Below are positions 8,357-17,858 of a stretch of DNA of 64,000 bases, piece by piece. Source of the DNA: Patescibacteria group bacterium. Lineage in GTDB: Bacteria; Patescibacteriota; SICC01. The stretch lies in assembly GCA_040902515.1 (NCBI GenBank), contig JBBDXB010000006.1:130219-194218 (forward strand), read 5' to 3'. The first letter of the stretch is position 1. Every line of letters begins with the position of its first letter. The notes under the pieces were generated by a model. The model had not been told where the DNA came from, ran no database searches, and saw nothing but the letters and a program-made list of their open reading frames with translations. The translations under genes were made by a program, and so were the position numbers.

Positions 8357-9181
8357 TCACTCACTAAAGTACCGGACTGCTGCTTCTGGATCCTCCGCAC
8401 GCATGAGATGCTCACCGATCAGGACTCCGTCCACGCCGGCGTTACGGAGTTCCGACAAAAGCGCCCGCGACGCTTCGTCCACCTGGAAGCCGCTTTCCGT
8501 TACCACCAACGTCCCGTCAGGAACCTCGCCGAGCAACGTTGCCGTGAGTCCTGTGTCGGTCGTGAGTTCCGGGTCGCGCAGATTCCGGTTGTTCACTCCG
8601 ATGATCTTGGGTCGAACGGCCACGGCGCGTTCCAGTTCTTCGGCGTCGTGTACTTCGACTAGGACATCAAGCCCGATTGAGTCCGCATACTCACTCAGTC
8701 GCGAAAGCTCATCGTCTTCAAGCGCTCCCACGATCAGCAATGCGGCATCGGCGCCGGCTGCCTTTGCCTCAAGAAGCTGATAGTGGTCAGTGATGAAGTC
8801 CTTCCGCAACAAGGGCAGGTCGGTCACCTCCCGGCCTTTCCGGAGGTGATCGAGCGAACCCCCGAAACGGGTCTCCTCCGTGAGTAGCGAAATAGCCCGA
8901 GCCCCGCCCCATTCGTAGGCGGCAATGGTCTCCACGACTCCCCAGTCTTCCCGAATCATCCCTCTGCTTGGAGATCGACGCTTGTGCTCCGCAATGACCG
9001 ACAACCCGGGACGACCCAGGGCGTCCGCGAAAGACCCTTCCCGATTCCGCCAGCGCTCCGCCTTGGCGAACAGCTCCGACTCCCCGACCTCGCGTTTTCG
9101 GACCATTGCTTGTTCGCGCGACGATGCCGAGAGTTTCTCAAGTATGGGGACGGGCTTTTCCATGGCAAACCAGCGTATCAC
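8357..9181 (-). CDS. trpC: indole-3-glycerol phosphate synthase
   Basis: IAEHKRRSPSRG...LLRKDF...GADAALLI...VLVEVH...IGVNNRNL: classic IGPS motifs. Confidence 0.85.
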   Translation of the reverse strand: MIRWFAMEKPVPILEKLSASSREQAMVRKREVGESELFAKAERWRNREGSFADALGRPGLSVIAEHKRRSPSRGMIREDWGVVETIAAYEWGGARAISLLTEETRFGGSLDHLRKGREVTDLPLLRKDFITDHYQLLEAKAAGADAALLIVGALEDDELSRLSEYADSIGLDVLVEVHDAEELERAVAVRPKIIGVNNRNLRDPELTTDTGLTATLLGEVPDGTLVVTESGFQVDEASRALLSELRNAGVDGVLIGEHLMRAEDPEAAVRYFSE

Positions 9182-9400
9182 GCCCCGCCGGTAACTCGAC
9201 AGATATCCAGATTAGTAATGCTCCCCAGTCGGGTCTGGAACCTTTACGGCTAGACCATTGAAACGTTTTCAGTGTCTCACAATTCGAACCGATCAGGCAT
9301 GGAATGGGACAAATGGAACGCCATGATTGCTGAGTGAGGTGAGATACGAGCAAGTTCGCCAGTCTCAGAAAATCGACTATGGCCTAGACCCTGCTCACCT

Positions 9401-9430
9401 TTTACACAAAACACTCCCTAACTGTATAAT
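9401..9430 (+). promoter_or_regulatory. strong sigma70-like promoter giving a near-leaderless helicase transcript
   Basis: -35 TTTACA (9401-9406), 18-nt spacer, extended -10 TGTATAAT (9423-9430). The ATG is at 9439, only about 8 nt after the -10, so there is no room for an SD. Confidence 0.5.
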
Positions 9431-9438
9431 AGCGCGCT

Positions 9439-11892
9439 ATGAACAAGTCAGAGCCACGAGAACATGAAGTTGATTATACCGAGGTTTTTACCGATAGTCT
9501 TATTAATCCCGAAGTAGCGCCGGAATTAGACCAGGTACAGGAAGATTGTTTAAGAGAAATCGCATACGCACGTGATCAAGGGGAGCAGCGTGCATTAGTT
9601 GTGCTCGCATCCGGCATGGGTAAAACAAGAATTGCCGCGAAAGACGTGTCTAATTTCTTTATCGAAAACCCTAATAGTCGCGTATTGTACCTGTGCCACC
9701 AGAACGAGATACTCAGGCAGGCTGAGCAAGAATTTCGCGGAGTCCTCGGATCCCCTCATAGCTACGGCCAGTTTGCCGGACATGAAAAGGAGTTTGATGA
9801 AGTCAACTGCCTATTCGCTTCTTTCCAGACTATGCGAGATTGGAAGGATGCGTTCCTACCGGAAGAGTTTGACTACATTATAGTCGACGAGGGTCATCAC
9901 AGCGCTGCCAAAACATATCAACCAGTCTTGGAATATTTTAATCCGCGGTTCGCCCTCGGTTTAACTGCGACCCCTGATCGTGGCGATCTCAAGGACATCC
10001 GAGCGATTTTCGGACCTGAACGTTACTCTATGCCACTTGAAGAGGCATTAGCAGAAGGACACCTGGCTCGAATAGACTACCGTCTAATGGCTGATGAAAT
10101 CGATTGGGATGAAGTCCGGAAAGCAGCAGAAGGCCATGTAACAATGGCAGATCTTAATCGACGAGTATTCATTGAACACCGAGATGAAGAAATCGTCGGA
10201 GTAATAGACAAACACCGGGCAGAGCTAGATGGGGCAAAAGTCATGGTCTTCTGCCCTTCAATCGCTTACTGCGATCGTTTGGCGGAAGTAATGCCCGATG
10301 CCGTGACAATTCATTCGGCATTATCGGCCGGAGAGCAGCGTTTGAAACTTGAAGATTTTCGAAGTGGTCTAATCAATACAGTAGTAACTGTTGATAAATT
10401 CAATGAGGGCATAGACATCCCCGATGCGAATTTAGTTGTTTTTCTACGATCCACCGCGTCTAAGAACATATTCATCCAACAGCTCGGACGTGGCTTACGC
10501 AAGACACCTGAAAAGCAAGGGGTGCGTATTCTTGATTTTGTAAATAATCTTGAGCGCATGGAGCTCATCGACGAACTATGGCGAGATGTCACCGAACGAT
10601 ACCGGCGCATGCACGGCACAGCAGAACAAGAAGCGCTCGTTGTGGATATTGGAACCGTAAGCTTCGAAGAAATCAACAAAGACCTTCAGGAGGTTTTGGA
10701 ACTGCTCAGACAGGGTTACACCAAGGAAAAACTTGTGGGCCAACTGCTCGCTTTAGCCGAAGAGTTAGGTAAATCACCATCAATCCCAGATATTCGACGA
10801 GCCCAAGAAGAGAAGCGCTGCGCAAGCCCGGGCACGTTCGCCAGGCATTTTGGCTCTTATAACAAGGCGCTCGAAGCGGCCGGTCTGGAGTCACGTGCGA
10901 AGCCACCTTCATACACAACTGAAGAACTAGTCCAACAGCTCACTAACCTCGCTAATGAGCTGGGGGTTACTCCCCTGGTCAGCGATATCGATAGCGCACA
11001 TGAAGAAGGAATATGTGCTAGTACCGATGTCTTTCGGTCACGCTTTGGCTCACTACGACAAGCTCGCGAGGCGGCTGAACTAGAGGCGACTGAGTGGAGA
11101 AGGTACTCAGATCACGAGTTGCTGGAACAACTTACTCAGCTTACGGAGGAACTCGGTCATGCCCCTACGAGTAGTGACATTAACCGAGCTTTCGATGAAG
11201 GTAGGACTGCAAGTATCGACACCTTTCATCGTCGGTTCGGGACACTGGCAGAAGCCCACAAGATTGCGAGGGTCTTCGATAAACGCACTCACCGACTCAG
11301 TGATCAGCAACTACTTAGTCAGCTCAAGCAGTTGCATGAAGTAGAAGGGCGTCCGCTAAACCGCGTTGACCTCGCTGAAGCACGTCGTGAAGGTCGAGGC
11401 CCGAGTCCCCAATTGCTTGTGAAACGATTTGGCTCGACACCGGAGGCGCTACGTCGAGCAGGTATTCCTCTACGCATCCCGGCACACCGGAAATTTGGAA
11501 CAACAGAGTTCACCGAGGAAGATCTTATCCAGCGACTCGTGGCCTATAGCGAGGAGTTGGGACGAGTCCCAAGTCAAAGCGAGTTGGTTGATGCGTCAAA
11601 ACAAGGAAAGTGTCCCAATGCTTCGGTCTTCGCCAGACACTTTGGAACATACAATAAAGCAGTTAAGGCAGCTGGCCTGAAACCAGTTGCGGAGAAACCA
11701 AGTTACACAGACGATGAGCTGCTTGAGCAGTTGCGTAGCCTTGCAAAAGAACTTGGTTCTATTCCCACTAAGAACCAAGTCAAGGAACTTTCTAAACGGG
11801 GAAAGTGCGCGACCAGCACAACTTTTATTAAAAGGTTCGGCACATTTGAAGAAGCGCTACAACTCGCAGACATTCATCTGAAAGACTCTTGA
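9439..11892 (+). CDS. SF2 DExH-box helicase (ResIII-like) fused to 7 tandem homing-endonuclease-associated repeats (HEAR)
   Basis: Walker A LASGMGKT, motif II DEGHH, and helicase C-terminal motifs (QQLGRGLR). These are followed by seven roughly 55-aa repeats of the form E(E/Q)LLxQLxxLAxELGxxP...D...G.....T....FGSxxxALxxAGL. Lower GC than the surrounding genes. Confidence 0.8.
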   Translation: MNKSEPREHEVDYTEVFTDSLINPEVAPELDQVQEDCLREIAYARDQGEQRALVVLASGMGKTRIAAKDVSNFFIENPNSRVLYLCHQNEILRQAEQEFRGVLGSPHSYGQFAGHEKEFDEVNCLFASFQTMRDWKDAFLPEEFDYIIVDEGHHSAAKTYQPVLEYFNPRFALGLTATPDRGDLKDIRAIFGPERYSMPLEEALAEGHLARIDYRLMADEIDWDEVRKAAEGHVTMADLNRRVFIEHRDEEIVGVIDKHRAELDGAKVMVFCPSIAYCDRLAEVMPDAVTIHSALSAGEQRLKLEDFRSGLINTVVTVDKFNEGIDIPDANLVVFLRSTASKNIFIQQLGRGLRKTPEKQGVRILDFVNNLERMELIDELWRDVTERYRRMHGTAEQEALVVDIGTVSFEEINKDLQEVLELLRQGYTKEKLVGQLLALAEELGKSPSIPDIRRAQEEKRCASPGTFARHFGSYNKALEAAGLESRAKPPSYTTEELVQQLTNLANELGVTPLVSDIDSAHEEGICASTDVFRSRFGSLRQAREAAELEATEWRRYSDHELLEQLTQLTEELGHAPTSSDINRAFDEGRTASIDTFHRRFGTLAEAHKIARVFDKRTHRLSDQQLLSQLKQLHEVEGRPLNRVDLAEARREGRGPSPQLLVKRFGSTPEALRRAGIPLRIPAHRKFGTTEFTEEDLIQRLVAYSEELGRVPSQSELVDASKQGKCPNASVFARHFGTYNKAVKAAGLKPVAEKPSYTDDELLEQLRSLAKELGSIPTKNQVKELSKRGKCATSTTFIKRFGTFEEALQLADIHLKDS

Positions 11893-12469
11893 AAAGTCTA
11901 GTGGAGTTGCAACACAGACAAGCAAACTTTCTCGAAAGAAGGATTAGTCGGGTTGGGAACCCTCTTTTCGAGGCCGCTTTGGGCTTTCTTAACCTTCACC
12001 CCTAAGCATGCTCGGGTTGGTGACTGGATTGCGGATTATTCGCGACCGTTGAGAGATTTCTTGAGCTGGTTCTACACCGTCCCTATTGGCTCCGGGTCTG
12101 GGACAACGTTAGAACCTACTTCAAAAGCACAGCAGCGGTTCGTTCGTAGAGCTTCGCTACGGCTTCTCCGTTTTGAACACGGTGATTAAACTCCGTCAGC
12201 GTTTCGCCATTCAGCTGATCATATAGTGTGTCGTACATCAAAACAGCCAGGAGCGGCTCCCACCGATCCCGCGAATATGCCGACTCAAGTGCACCCATTG
12301 AACAACGCGCCTTTCCATGACTGCTCATACCGCTAACTCGCCAGCCATAGGTTCGTATATAGAGCGCGGCCTTCCGGAAGATTTTGGCTGACCGACTTTT
12401 TAACGGTGGTGAAATCATGACTTGATTACATGGCATAGCGTCGTAGTTTATTAATGTTGCTTGCTCCGG

Positions 12470-12543
12470 GACAGGGATTCGAACCCCGATTACCAGATTC
12501 AGAGTCTGGCGTCCTACCATTAGACGATCCCGGAATGGGCCGT
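12470..12543 (-). tRNA. tRNA-Gln (CTG)
   Basis: Cloverleaf: acceptor TCCGGGA/TCCCGGA, anticodon stem CCAGA/TCTGG, loop CTCTGAA, T-loop GGTTCGAATCC. Confidence 0.8.
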
Positions 12544-12583
12544 ATGCGACCTCTTCCTAGTGTAAAGAATCCCGGGCGGTTAT

Positions 12584-13402
12584 TCAGCTGCGGTCGAGGG
12601 CCGGATCCAGCTCCACGTCTTCCAGTTTGAACGCGAGCATCTGCCCCTGGAAGTCAGGATAGTGGTCGATCCACCACCACACGGCCTCATTCTTGCCCTC
12701 CGCCGCGAGTGCGGGAATGGCGTCATCGACCCAAACCAACGCATGTCCGTCACGGAAATCCTGCTCGTCTCCGTCACGGTCCGGCGCCATCGGGATACTG
12801 ACTCCCTCCCAAGCCGTCCGGACCCACTCGGGCGGGCGGCCTTCTTCCGGAGCCGTGACGACGGTAAAGTACGACCAGCCACTACGGCGGGCCCGTTCCA
12901 GACTGCTCGCCTCCGGGTTCTTGAGAGACCTCCACAGGTCTGCCAAGCGGGCCTCGGTTTCGCCAAGGTCGGTGTGTAGCCAGGAATCATGGGCTTCCTT
13001 CGCCAGCCGGTCCAGGAAGCCTTCCTTGAAGGAACGGCCCTCGTCGCCGGTAAGCAGCCGGGGATTCCTGGCCATGCGGGCGCGGGAACCCTCGCGGTAC
13101 TGCACGAACCGTTCGTTCTCCTCGATCCAACGCGCGACGACCTCGTCCAATCTCCATTCATAACTGGATGGATCAATACCCTGGAGTTGGTCGGTCAGTT
13201 CTGCACGGCCGATGCCGTCAAGCACGGCCACCTTGTCCGAAAGTTCCAGCCCGCCGAAGAATTCCAGGAAACGCTCCCGTTCATCGGGATCCTCGTGCGT
13301 CGGATGGAACGTCCCGCCGTCCGGTGATGTTACGGCGTGCCGTCCCTCGGTCGCCGTATCCCGACTGATTCCGAAGCTGACCCTAGGTTCGGTGTCACTC
13401 AT
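12584..13402 (-). CDS. hypothetical protein
   Basis: 272 aa acidic protein with coding-like periodicity and no recognisable motif. 4-nt overlap with the downstream HAD gene. Confidence 0.5.
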   Translation of the reverse strand: MSDTEPRVSFGISRDTATEGRHAVTSPDGGTFHPTHEDPDERERFLEFFGGLELSDKVAVLDGIGRAELTDQLQGIDPSSYEWRLDEVVARWIEENERFVQYREGSRARMARNPRLLTGDEGRSFKEGFLDRLAKEAHDSWLHTDLGETEARLADLWRSLKNPEASSLERARRSGWSYFTVVTAPEEGRPPEWVRTAWEGVSIPMAPDRDGDEQDFRDGHALVWVDDAIPALAAEGKNEAVWWWIDHYPDFQGQMLAFKLEDVELDPALDRS

Positions 13403-14058
13403 CCGAACACCGCGTGCAACAGTTCCGGCTGCAGCTCGTCCAGCGAGCCGATCACCGCGTCGGCCATCGAGTAGTCCACCTGGAACTTCGGGTTCGAGTC
13501 GAAGGCGACCGACTTCATCCCCGCGCGTTCCGCGGCCAGCAGGCCGTTCCGCGAATCGTCCACCATCACGCCGCTGCCGCGCTTCAGCCCGACCCGGTCC
13601 ACGACCATGCTCAGCAGGTCGTCCAGTTCGTCGCGGGGCCCCAGGTCGTCGCTGGTCAGGACGGCGTCGAACTGGGCACGGATCCCGAACCGGTCCAGCG
13701 CCGTCTCGGTCGTCTTCCGGCTCCGCCCGCTGGTCACGGCCACGTGGAATCCCTCGCTGAGCCGCTCGACCGCGTCCACCGAACCGGACATCGGTTCGAG
13801 CTCCTTCGCCGCCCGCTTCCGGAACAGCGCCTTCTTCCGCTCGGCGACCTCATCCGGCTTGGCCTGCACGCTCGCGCTCTTGAGGAGCGAGCGGGCCGTG
13901 TCCGGCGAGCTCCATCCCATCGTCTTCATGAGCGCCTCGTCGGAGACGGAAGCGCCGAGCCCGCCTAACACCTCCTGCCAGCACGCCAGGTGCAGGTCAA
14001 AACTGTCGGCGATCACCCCGTCAAAATCAAACACGACCACGCGTTTCTTGGCTGCCAT
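13399..14058 (-). CDS. HAD-superfamily hydrolase (beta-phosphoglucomutase-like)
   Basis: N-terminal DxDG motif (VVFDFDGVIADS) and HAD motifs II and III. Confidence 0.75.
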   Translation of the reverse strand: MAAKKRVVVFDFDGVIADSFDLHLACWQEVLGGLGASVSDEALMKTMGWSSPDTARSLLKSASVQAKPDEVAERKKALFRKRAAKELEPMSGSVDAVERLSEGFHVAVTSGRSRKTTETALDRFGIRAQFDAVLTSDDLGPRDELDDLLSMVVDRVGLKRGSGVMVDDSRNGLLAAERAGMKSVAFDSNPKFQVDYSMADAVIGSLDELQPELLHAVFG

Positions 14059-14061
14059 GTC

Positions 14062-15117
14062 TTACGCCTTGGTATATCCTGTCGAGTTCCGCAGGGAAAT
14101 CAACGTTATCTTGAGGAGCCCGAGCGCCGGCGTCGCCAGCAGCGCCCCGGCGACACCCGCCAACTGCACGCCGACCAGGAGGCCGAAGAAGACGATCAGC
14201 GGATGCAGCTCGACCGCCCGGCCGACGATCCGCGGATACAGCACCTTGTCGGTGAATTCGTTGAACAGCAGGAAGAAGACGATGAACACCGGGATCAGGA
14301 TCGGGTTGATGAACGCGGCGATCAACACCGGAAGCACCATGCCGAGCAATGCGCCGATGACCGGGATCAGCGCGGTGATACCGGCGACCAGTCCGGCGAT
14401 CACCGAGTAAGGCAGTCCCAGGGCCGTCATGAACATCCCGACCGCGACCGCGACGATCACGGAAATCAGGAGCTGCCCACGGACGAACCGTCCGAGGATG
14501 CGGTCGTAGTCGCTGGCAAGCTTGCGGACGAACCGCTGGCGCCGCCTGGGAAACAGGAGAATCAGGCGTTCCGCGAACCGACGGCCCGAATGCAGGAAGT
14601 ACGCCGTCACGAACAGGACGAAGAAGAGGCTGGAGATGGTCCCGAAGAAGCTGGCGATGATCGAACCGGTCCGACTGACGATCGCCGCCGTACCTGTCTC
14701 CAGGCGTTCCGCGAACTGGTTGGCGGCGGCCTGCAGGTCGTAATCGATCTGCCGCTGTTCCAGCCAGCGCTGGGCTTCCGGGATGCCGGACTCCAGCTGC
14801 TGCTGGTATTCGGGATAGTTGTCCGCGAACTGCTCGACCTGGTTGGTCAGGGGCACCGAGATCAGCGCCGCGAACCCGATCAGGACGGCGGCGAGGCCGA
14901 TGTAGACCAAGAGGATCGCGAGCGCCCGGGGAACGTAGCGGAGCTTGCTGAGCCGGTTCACGAACGGGAGCAAGGCGTAGGTAAGCAGAACGGAGAACGC
15001 CACGACCAATGCGAGCTGTCCGAATTCGGAGAGCAGGCCGGCGGCGAAGTACAGGATGATGCCGGTCGCGATGACCGTCAGTTCGATTGCCAGGATGCGC
15101 GGGATGGTGATCGTCAT
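14062..15117 (-). CDS. AI-2E family transporter (PerM/YhhT-like)
   Basis: Multi-TM protein with the AI-2E-family topology. Start taken at MTITIPRIL; the longer ORF runs into tRNA-Lys. Confidence 0.7.
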   Translation of the reverse strand: MTITIPRILAIELTVIATGIILYFAAGLLSEFGQLALVVAFSVLLTYALLPFVNRLSKLRYVPRALAILLVYIGLAAVLIGFAALISVPLTNQVEQFADNYPEYQQQLESGIPEAQRWLEQRQIDYDLQAAANQFAERLETGTAAIVSRTGSIIASFFGTISSLFFVLFVTAYFLHSGRRFAERLILLFPRRRQRFVRKLASDYDRILGRFVRGQLLISVIVAVAVGMFMTALGLPYSVIAGLVAGITALIPVIGALLGMVLPVLIAAFINPILIPVFIVFFLLFNEFTDKVLYPRIVGRAVELHPLIVFFGLLVGVQLAGVAGALLATPALGLLKITLISLRNSTGYTKA

Positions 15118-15156
15118 GCTGCCGTTAGTATACCGCGAAACGATGGGGATTTCGTG

Positions 15157-15228
15157 TGGGTGCAGAGGGACTCGAACCCCCAACCAATTGCTTAAGAGGC
15201 AACTGCTCTACCATTGAGCTATGCACCC
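15157..15228 (-). tRNA. tRNA-Lys (CTT)
   Basis: Acceptor GGGTGCA/TGCACCC, anticodon loop CTCTTAA, T-arm GGGGGTTCGAGTCCCTC. Confidence 0.75.
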
Positions 15229-15314
15229 GCAGTAGCACAGTATAGCCCAGCGCGTGCCCGCGGTCAGCCCGATTGACGGGTCCGCGGCCGGCGCCTAGCG
15301 TGAGGGTGAAACAA

Positions 15315-16160
15315 ATGACCGAAACCATCCGGAAGCTAGTCAGCGAAACGATCGGGCGATCGGGTATCGAGCCGAGCCTGGCGACCGCGCCGATCACTTT
15401 GACCGGCGGTCTCCGCACGACCATCCATGTCGCGGCGTTCCCCCGCGACCGCACGGTCGTCCGGGTGGACGCGATGCGCGCACCCGAACGTGTAGTCGAT
15501 TATTGCCGGCATGTCGGTATCCCCCATGCCGTCGTGGGCGGCTTCTTCTGCCGTCGGAGCGGAAAGCCGCTGGGCACCGTCCGCATTCCCGGACGGCGGG
15601 TCGCCACGGAACCGTTCGGGAAGCACTGGGCGGGTCGGCGCGGGGCGATCTATGCGAACGGCTCCGACCTCCGGATCGGTCCGGTGGGAGGACTCCCGCG
15701 GCGCGGCGGATACCTGCTGACCGCCGGACCGGCGCTGGTCGCGGACGGCGTCTCCCTCGTGGGATCGGGCAGCGCCTATGAAGGCATTCCCGAGACCTGG
15801 CAGGGGGAGCTGGATGACGACTGGACCGGGGACCGCACCCAGCGCACCGCGGTCGGATACGACGACAAGCGGATTTGGGCGGTGGCAGTAGACGGGCAGT
15901 CGTCCCAGTCGATGCATGGGTTCCACGACGAAGCGAACCCCGACGCCGGCATCCGGCTGGACGAGCTGGCCCAGATCTTCATCGGGCTCGGTGCCCGAGC
16001 CCCGCTGAATCTTGATGGCGGCGGTGGGAGCGCCCTGGTGTATGACGGAGAACTTGCCAACTGCCCGCGCGCCGGCAGGTACGACGTCGAGCCGATCGGC
16101 GCAGTGATGCGGAAAGGTCGCCCGGCCTACAGCATGATCACGTTCCAGCCGATCTCCTGA
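15315..16160 (+). CDS. phosphodiester glycosidase family protein (NAGPA-like, DUF2233)
   Basis: C-terminal LNLDGGGGSA motif characteristic of the family. RBS GAGGGTG precedes the ATG at 15315. Confidence 0.6.
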   Translation: MTETIRKLVSETIGRSGIEPSLATAPITLTGGLRTTIHVAAFPRDRTVVRVDAMRAPERVVDYCRHVGIPHAVVGGFFCRRSGKPLGTVRIPGRRVATEPFGKHWAGRRGAIYANGSDLRIGPVGGLPRRGGYLLTAGPALVADGVSLVGSGSAYEGIPETWQGELDDDWTGDRTQRTAVGYDDKRIWAVAVDGQSSQSMHGFHDEANPDAGIRLDELAQIFIGLGARAPLNLDGGGGSALVYDGELANCPRAGRYDVEPIGAVMRKGRPAYSMITFQPIS

Positions 16161-16259
16161 CACCCTTGTCGGATGGGCTATTTTTTCGTAAGATAAGGTG
16201 TTTTTGGTATTGCCAACGCACTACTGAAACAACCCGTACCTCGACATGGAAGGAATACG

Positions 16260-16613
16260 ATGGATTGGCTGGTTCGCCTGACCAAATTCACCCTGAGAAA
16301 CGACCGGCGGAGACAGGAGATGGCGTATGCCGTGCTCGAACGTGACCTCGAGAAGCATCGACACGGTTGGACCTGTCTCTTCTACGGTTGCTCCCGTAAG
16401 CGGGAGGAGCTGAAGAAGACACGGCAAATCGTCGAGAAGATCGACGTCGCCTTGCGAGCACTCGACAGAGGAGACTTCGCACCAGCCGCCCGGCAGCTGG
16501 AGAGCCTTGCTGCGATCGCCGTCCTGGAGGAGAATACCCCTTCTTCCATCCAACTTCTTCTCACGGAGATGGCCAAGGGCCTCCGGACGGAGCGGATTAC
16601 CGCAGACTCCTGA
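16260..16613 (+). CDS. hypothetical protein
   Basis: RBS GGAAGGA 5 nt before the ATG. An overlapping minus-strand ORF (16221-16706) is the alternative reading; the strand choice is uncertain. Confidence 0.35.
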   Translation: MDWLVRLTKFTLRNDRRRQEMAYAVLERDLEKHRHGWTCLFYGCSRKREELKKTRQIVEKIDVALRALDRGDFAPAARQLESLAAIAVLEENTPSSIQLLLTEMAKGLRTERITADS

Positions 16614-16779
16614 ATTCCCGTTGCCTCGGACTCCTGACCCGCGCGCTCCCCGAGCGTAGTCCAGCGAACCATCGTGTCGCGGGTGACGCCCTTCAGAAAT
16701 TATCATTTTGGAGGGCGTCTTTTTTATTCAGATGTTCTGCCGCCGCCGGTCGCGGCGCCGTGCGTCGGTGCGCGTTCGA

Positions 16780-17754
16780 TCAATGTTCCCGTTCGCGGTA
16801 CTTCCGGAAGTCGCTGACCGCATCGGTCAGCAGGCGATCGAGCAGTTCCGTGAACCGTACCCCGGCCGCCTCCATGAGCTTCGGGTACACGCTGGTCTTC
16901 GTGAACCCGGGAATCGTGTTCACCTCGCTGACGAGGGCACGGTCGTCCTCGACGAAGAAGTCGATCCGGGCCATGCCGCTGCAACCGGTCGACCGGAATA
17001 CGCGAAGCGCCAGGTCGCGGAGCTCAGTGGCGCGTACCGCCGGCAGTTCCGCCGGAACACTGAGCTTCATCCCGCCTTCCGTGTACTTGGCCTCGTAGTC
17101 ATACCAGTCCGCTCCCTGCAGAACGATCTCGCCGGGCGGCGAGGCGACCAGGTCGCTCGTACCGAGCACCGCCACTTCGACCTCCCGTCCGGCCGAGGCC
17201 GCCTCGACCAGCACCACGGAATCGTGACGGAACGCTTCCGCGAGCGCCGCTTCGAGTTCGTCATCGGTAGCGGCCTTGCTGATGCCCACCGACGATCCCA
17301 GCCGCGACGGCTTCACGAAGACCGGCCAGCCGAGTTCGGCGATCCGCTGCCGGTCGTCGGCCTCGACCGGATGCCGGAGCGTCACGTACCGCACCTGCGG
17401 GATGTCGTGATGCGCCATCCACTCCTTGAACACCGCCTTGTCCATGCAGGTCGCGGAGGCGTGCAGGCCGCTGCCGACGTAGGCGACGTCGAGCAGTTCC
17501 AGCATGCCTTGGATCGTGCCGTCCTCGCCGTAGGGGCCGTGCAGGACCGGGAAAACGGCGTCCGCGCCGAGTAATCCCTTGCCGGGCCGGATCGGCACCT
17601 CCTTGCCGCCGTGCCGCCACGTGCCGTCCTTCCCGACCTCAACGTAGTGGACTTCGTGACCGGCCTCGCGCAAGCCTTCACGGACCGACTTCGCCGATTC
17701 CAGCGAGACCTCGTGCTCACTGGAACGACCGCCGCCGAGGACCACTACCTTCAT
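16780..17754 (-). CDS. ddl: D-alanine--D-alanine ligase
   Basis: MKVVVLGGGRSSEHEVSL...GEDGT(I)QG...ATP-grasp motifs. Start taken at MKVVVL. Confidence 0.85.
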   Translation of the reverse strand: MKVVVLGGGRSSEHEVSLESAKSVREGLREAGHEVHYVEVGKDGTWRHGGKEVPIRPGKGLLGADAVFPVLHGPYGEDGTIQGMLELLDVAYVGSGLHASATCMDKAVFKEWMAHHDIPQVRYVTLRHPVEADDRQRIAELGWPVFVKPSRLGSSVGISKAATDDELEAALAEAFRHDSVVLVEAASAGREVEVAVLGTSDLVASPPGEIVLQGADWYDYEAKYTEGGMKLSVPAELPAVRATELRDLALRVFRSTGCSGMARIDFFVEDDRALVSEVNTIPGFTKTSVYPKLMEAAGVRFTELLDRLLTDAVSDFRKYREREH

Positions 17755-17775
17755 GTGCCCCAGTATAACGCGCTG

Positions 17776-17849
17776 CGCGCCCGGAAGGATTCGAACCTCC
17801 GACACCCTGCTCCGAAGGCAGGTGCTCTAATCCGCTGAGCTACGGGCGC
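17776..17849 (-). tRNA. tRNA-Arg (TCG)
   Basis: Acceptor GCGCCCG/CGGGCGC, anticodon stem CCTGC/GCAGG with loop CTTCGGA. Confidence 0.7.
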
Positions 17850-17858
17850 ATAAGTTTA

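Noticed and set aside
8209-8415. 68-aa minus ORF upstream of SagB as a possible second precursor peptide
   Set aside because: Overlaps the predicted promoter, has no Cys/Ser/Thr-rich core, and reads into trpC.
9275-9300. Possible attL-like partial copy of the tRNA-Gln 3' end (attcgaacc-gat)
   Set aside because: Only about 12 nt of interrupted match, too weak to call an att site. Mentioned only as a lead.
12116-12520. 134-aa minus ORF spanning tRNA-Gln
   Set aside because: Its N-terminal 17 codons are the tRNA itself. At most the C-terminal part from an internal Met could be real. No support.
13990-15195. 401-aa plus-strand ORF opposite the AI-2E transporter
   Set aside because: Arg/Asp/Glu/Gln-rich low-complexity translation of the antisense strand of a clear membrane transporter. 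No RBS.
15125-15454. 109-aa minus ORF spanning tRNA-Lys
   Set aside because: Overlaps the tRNA and the upstream intergenic region. Composition not coding-like.
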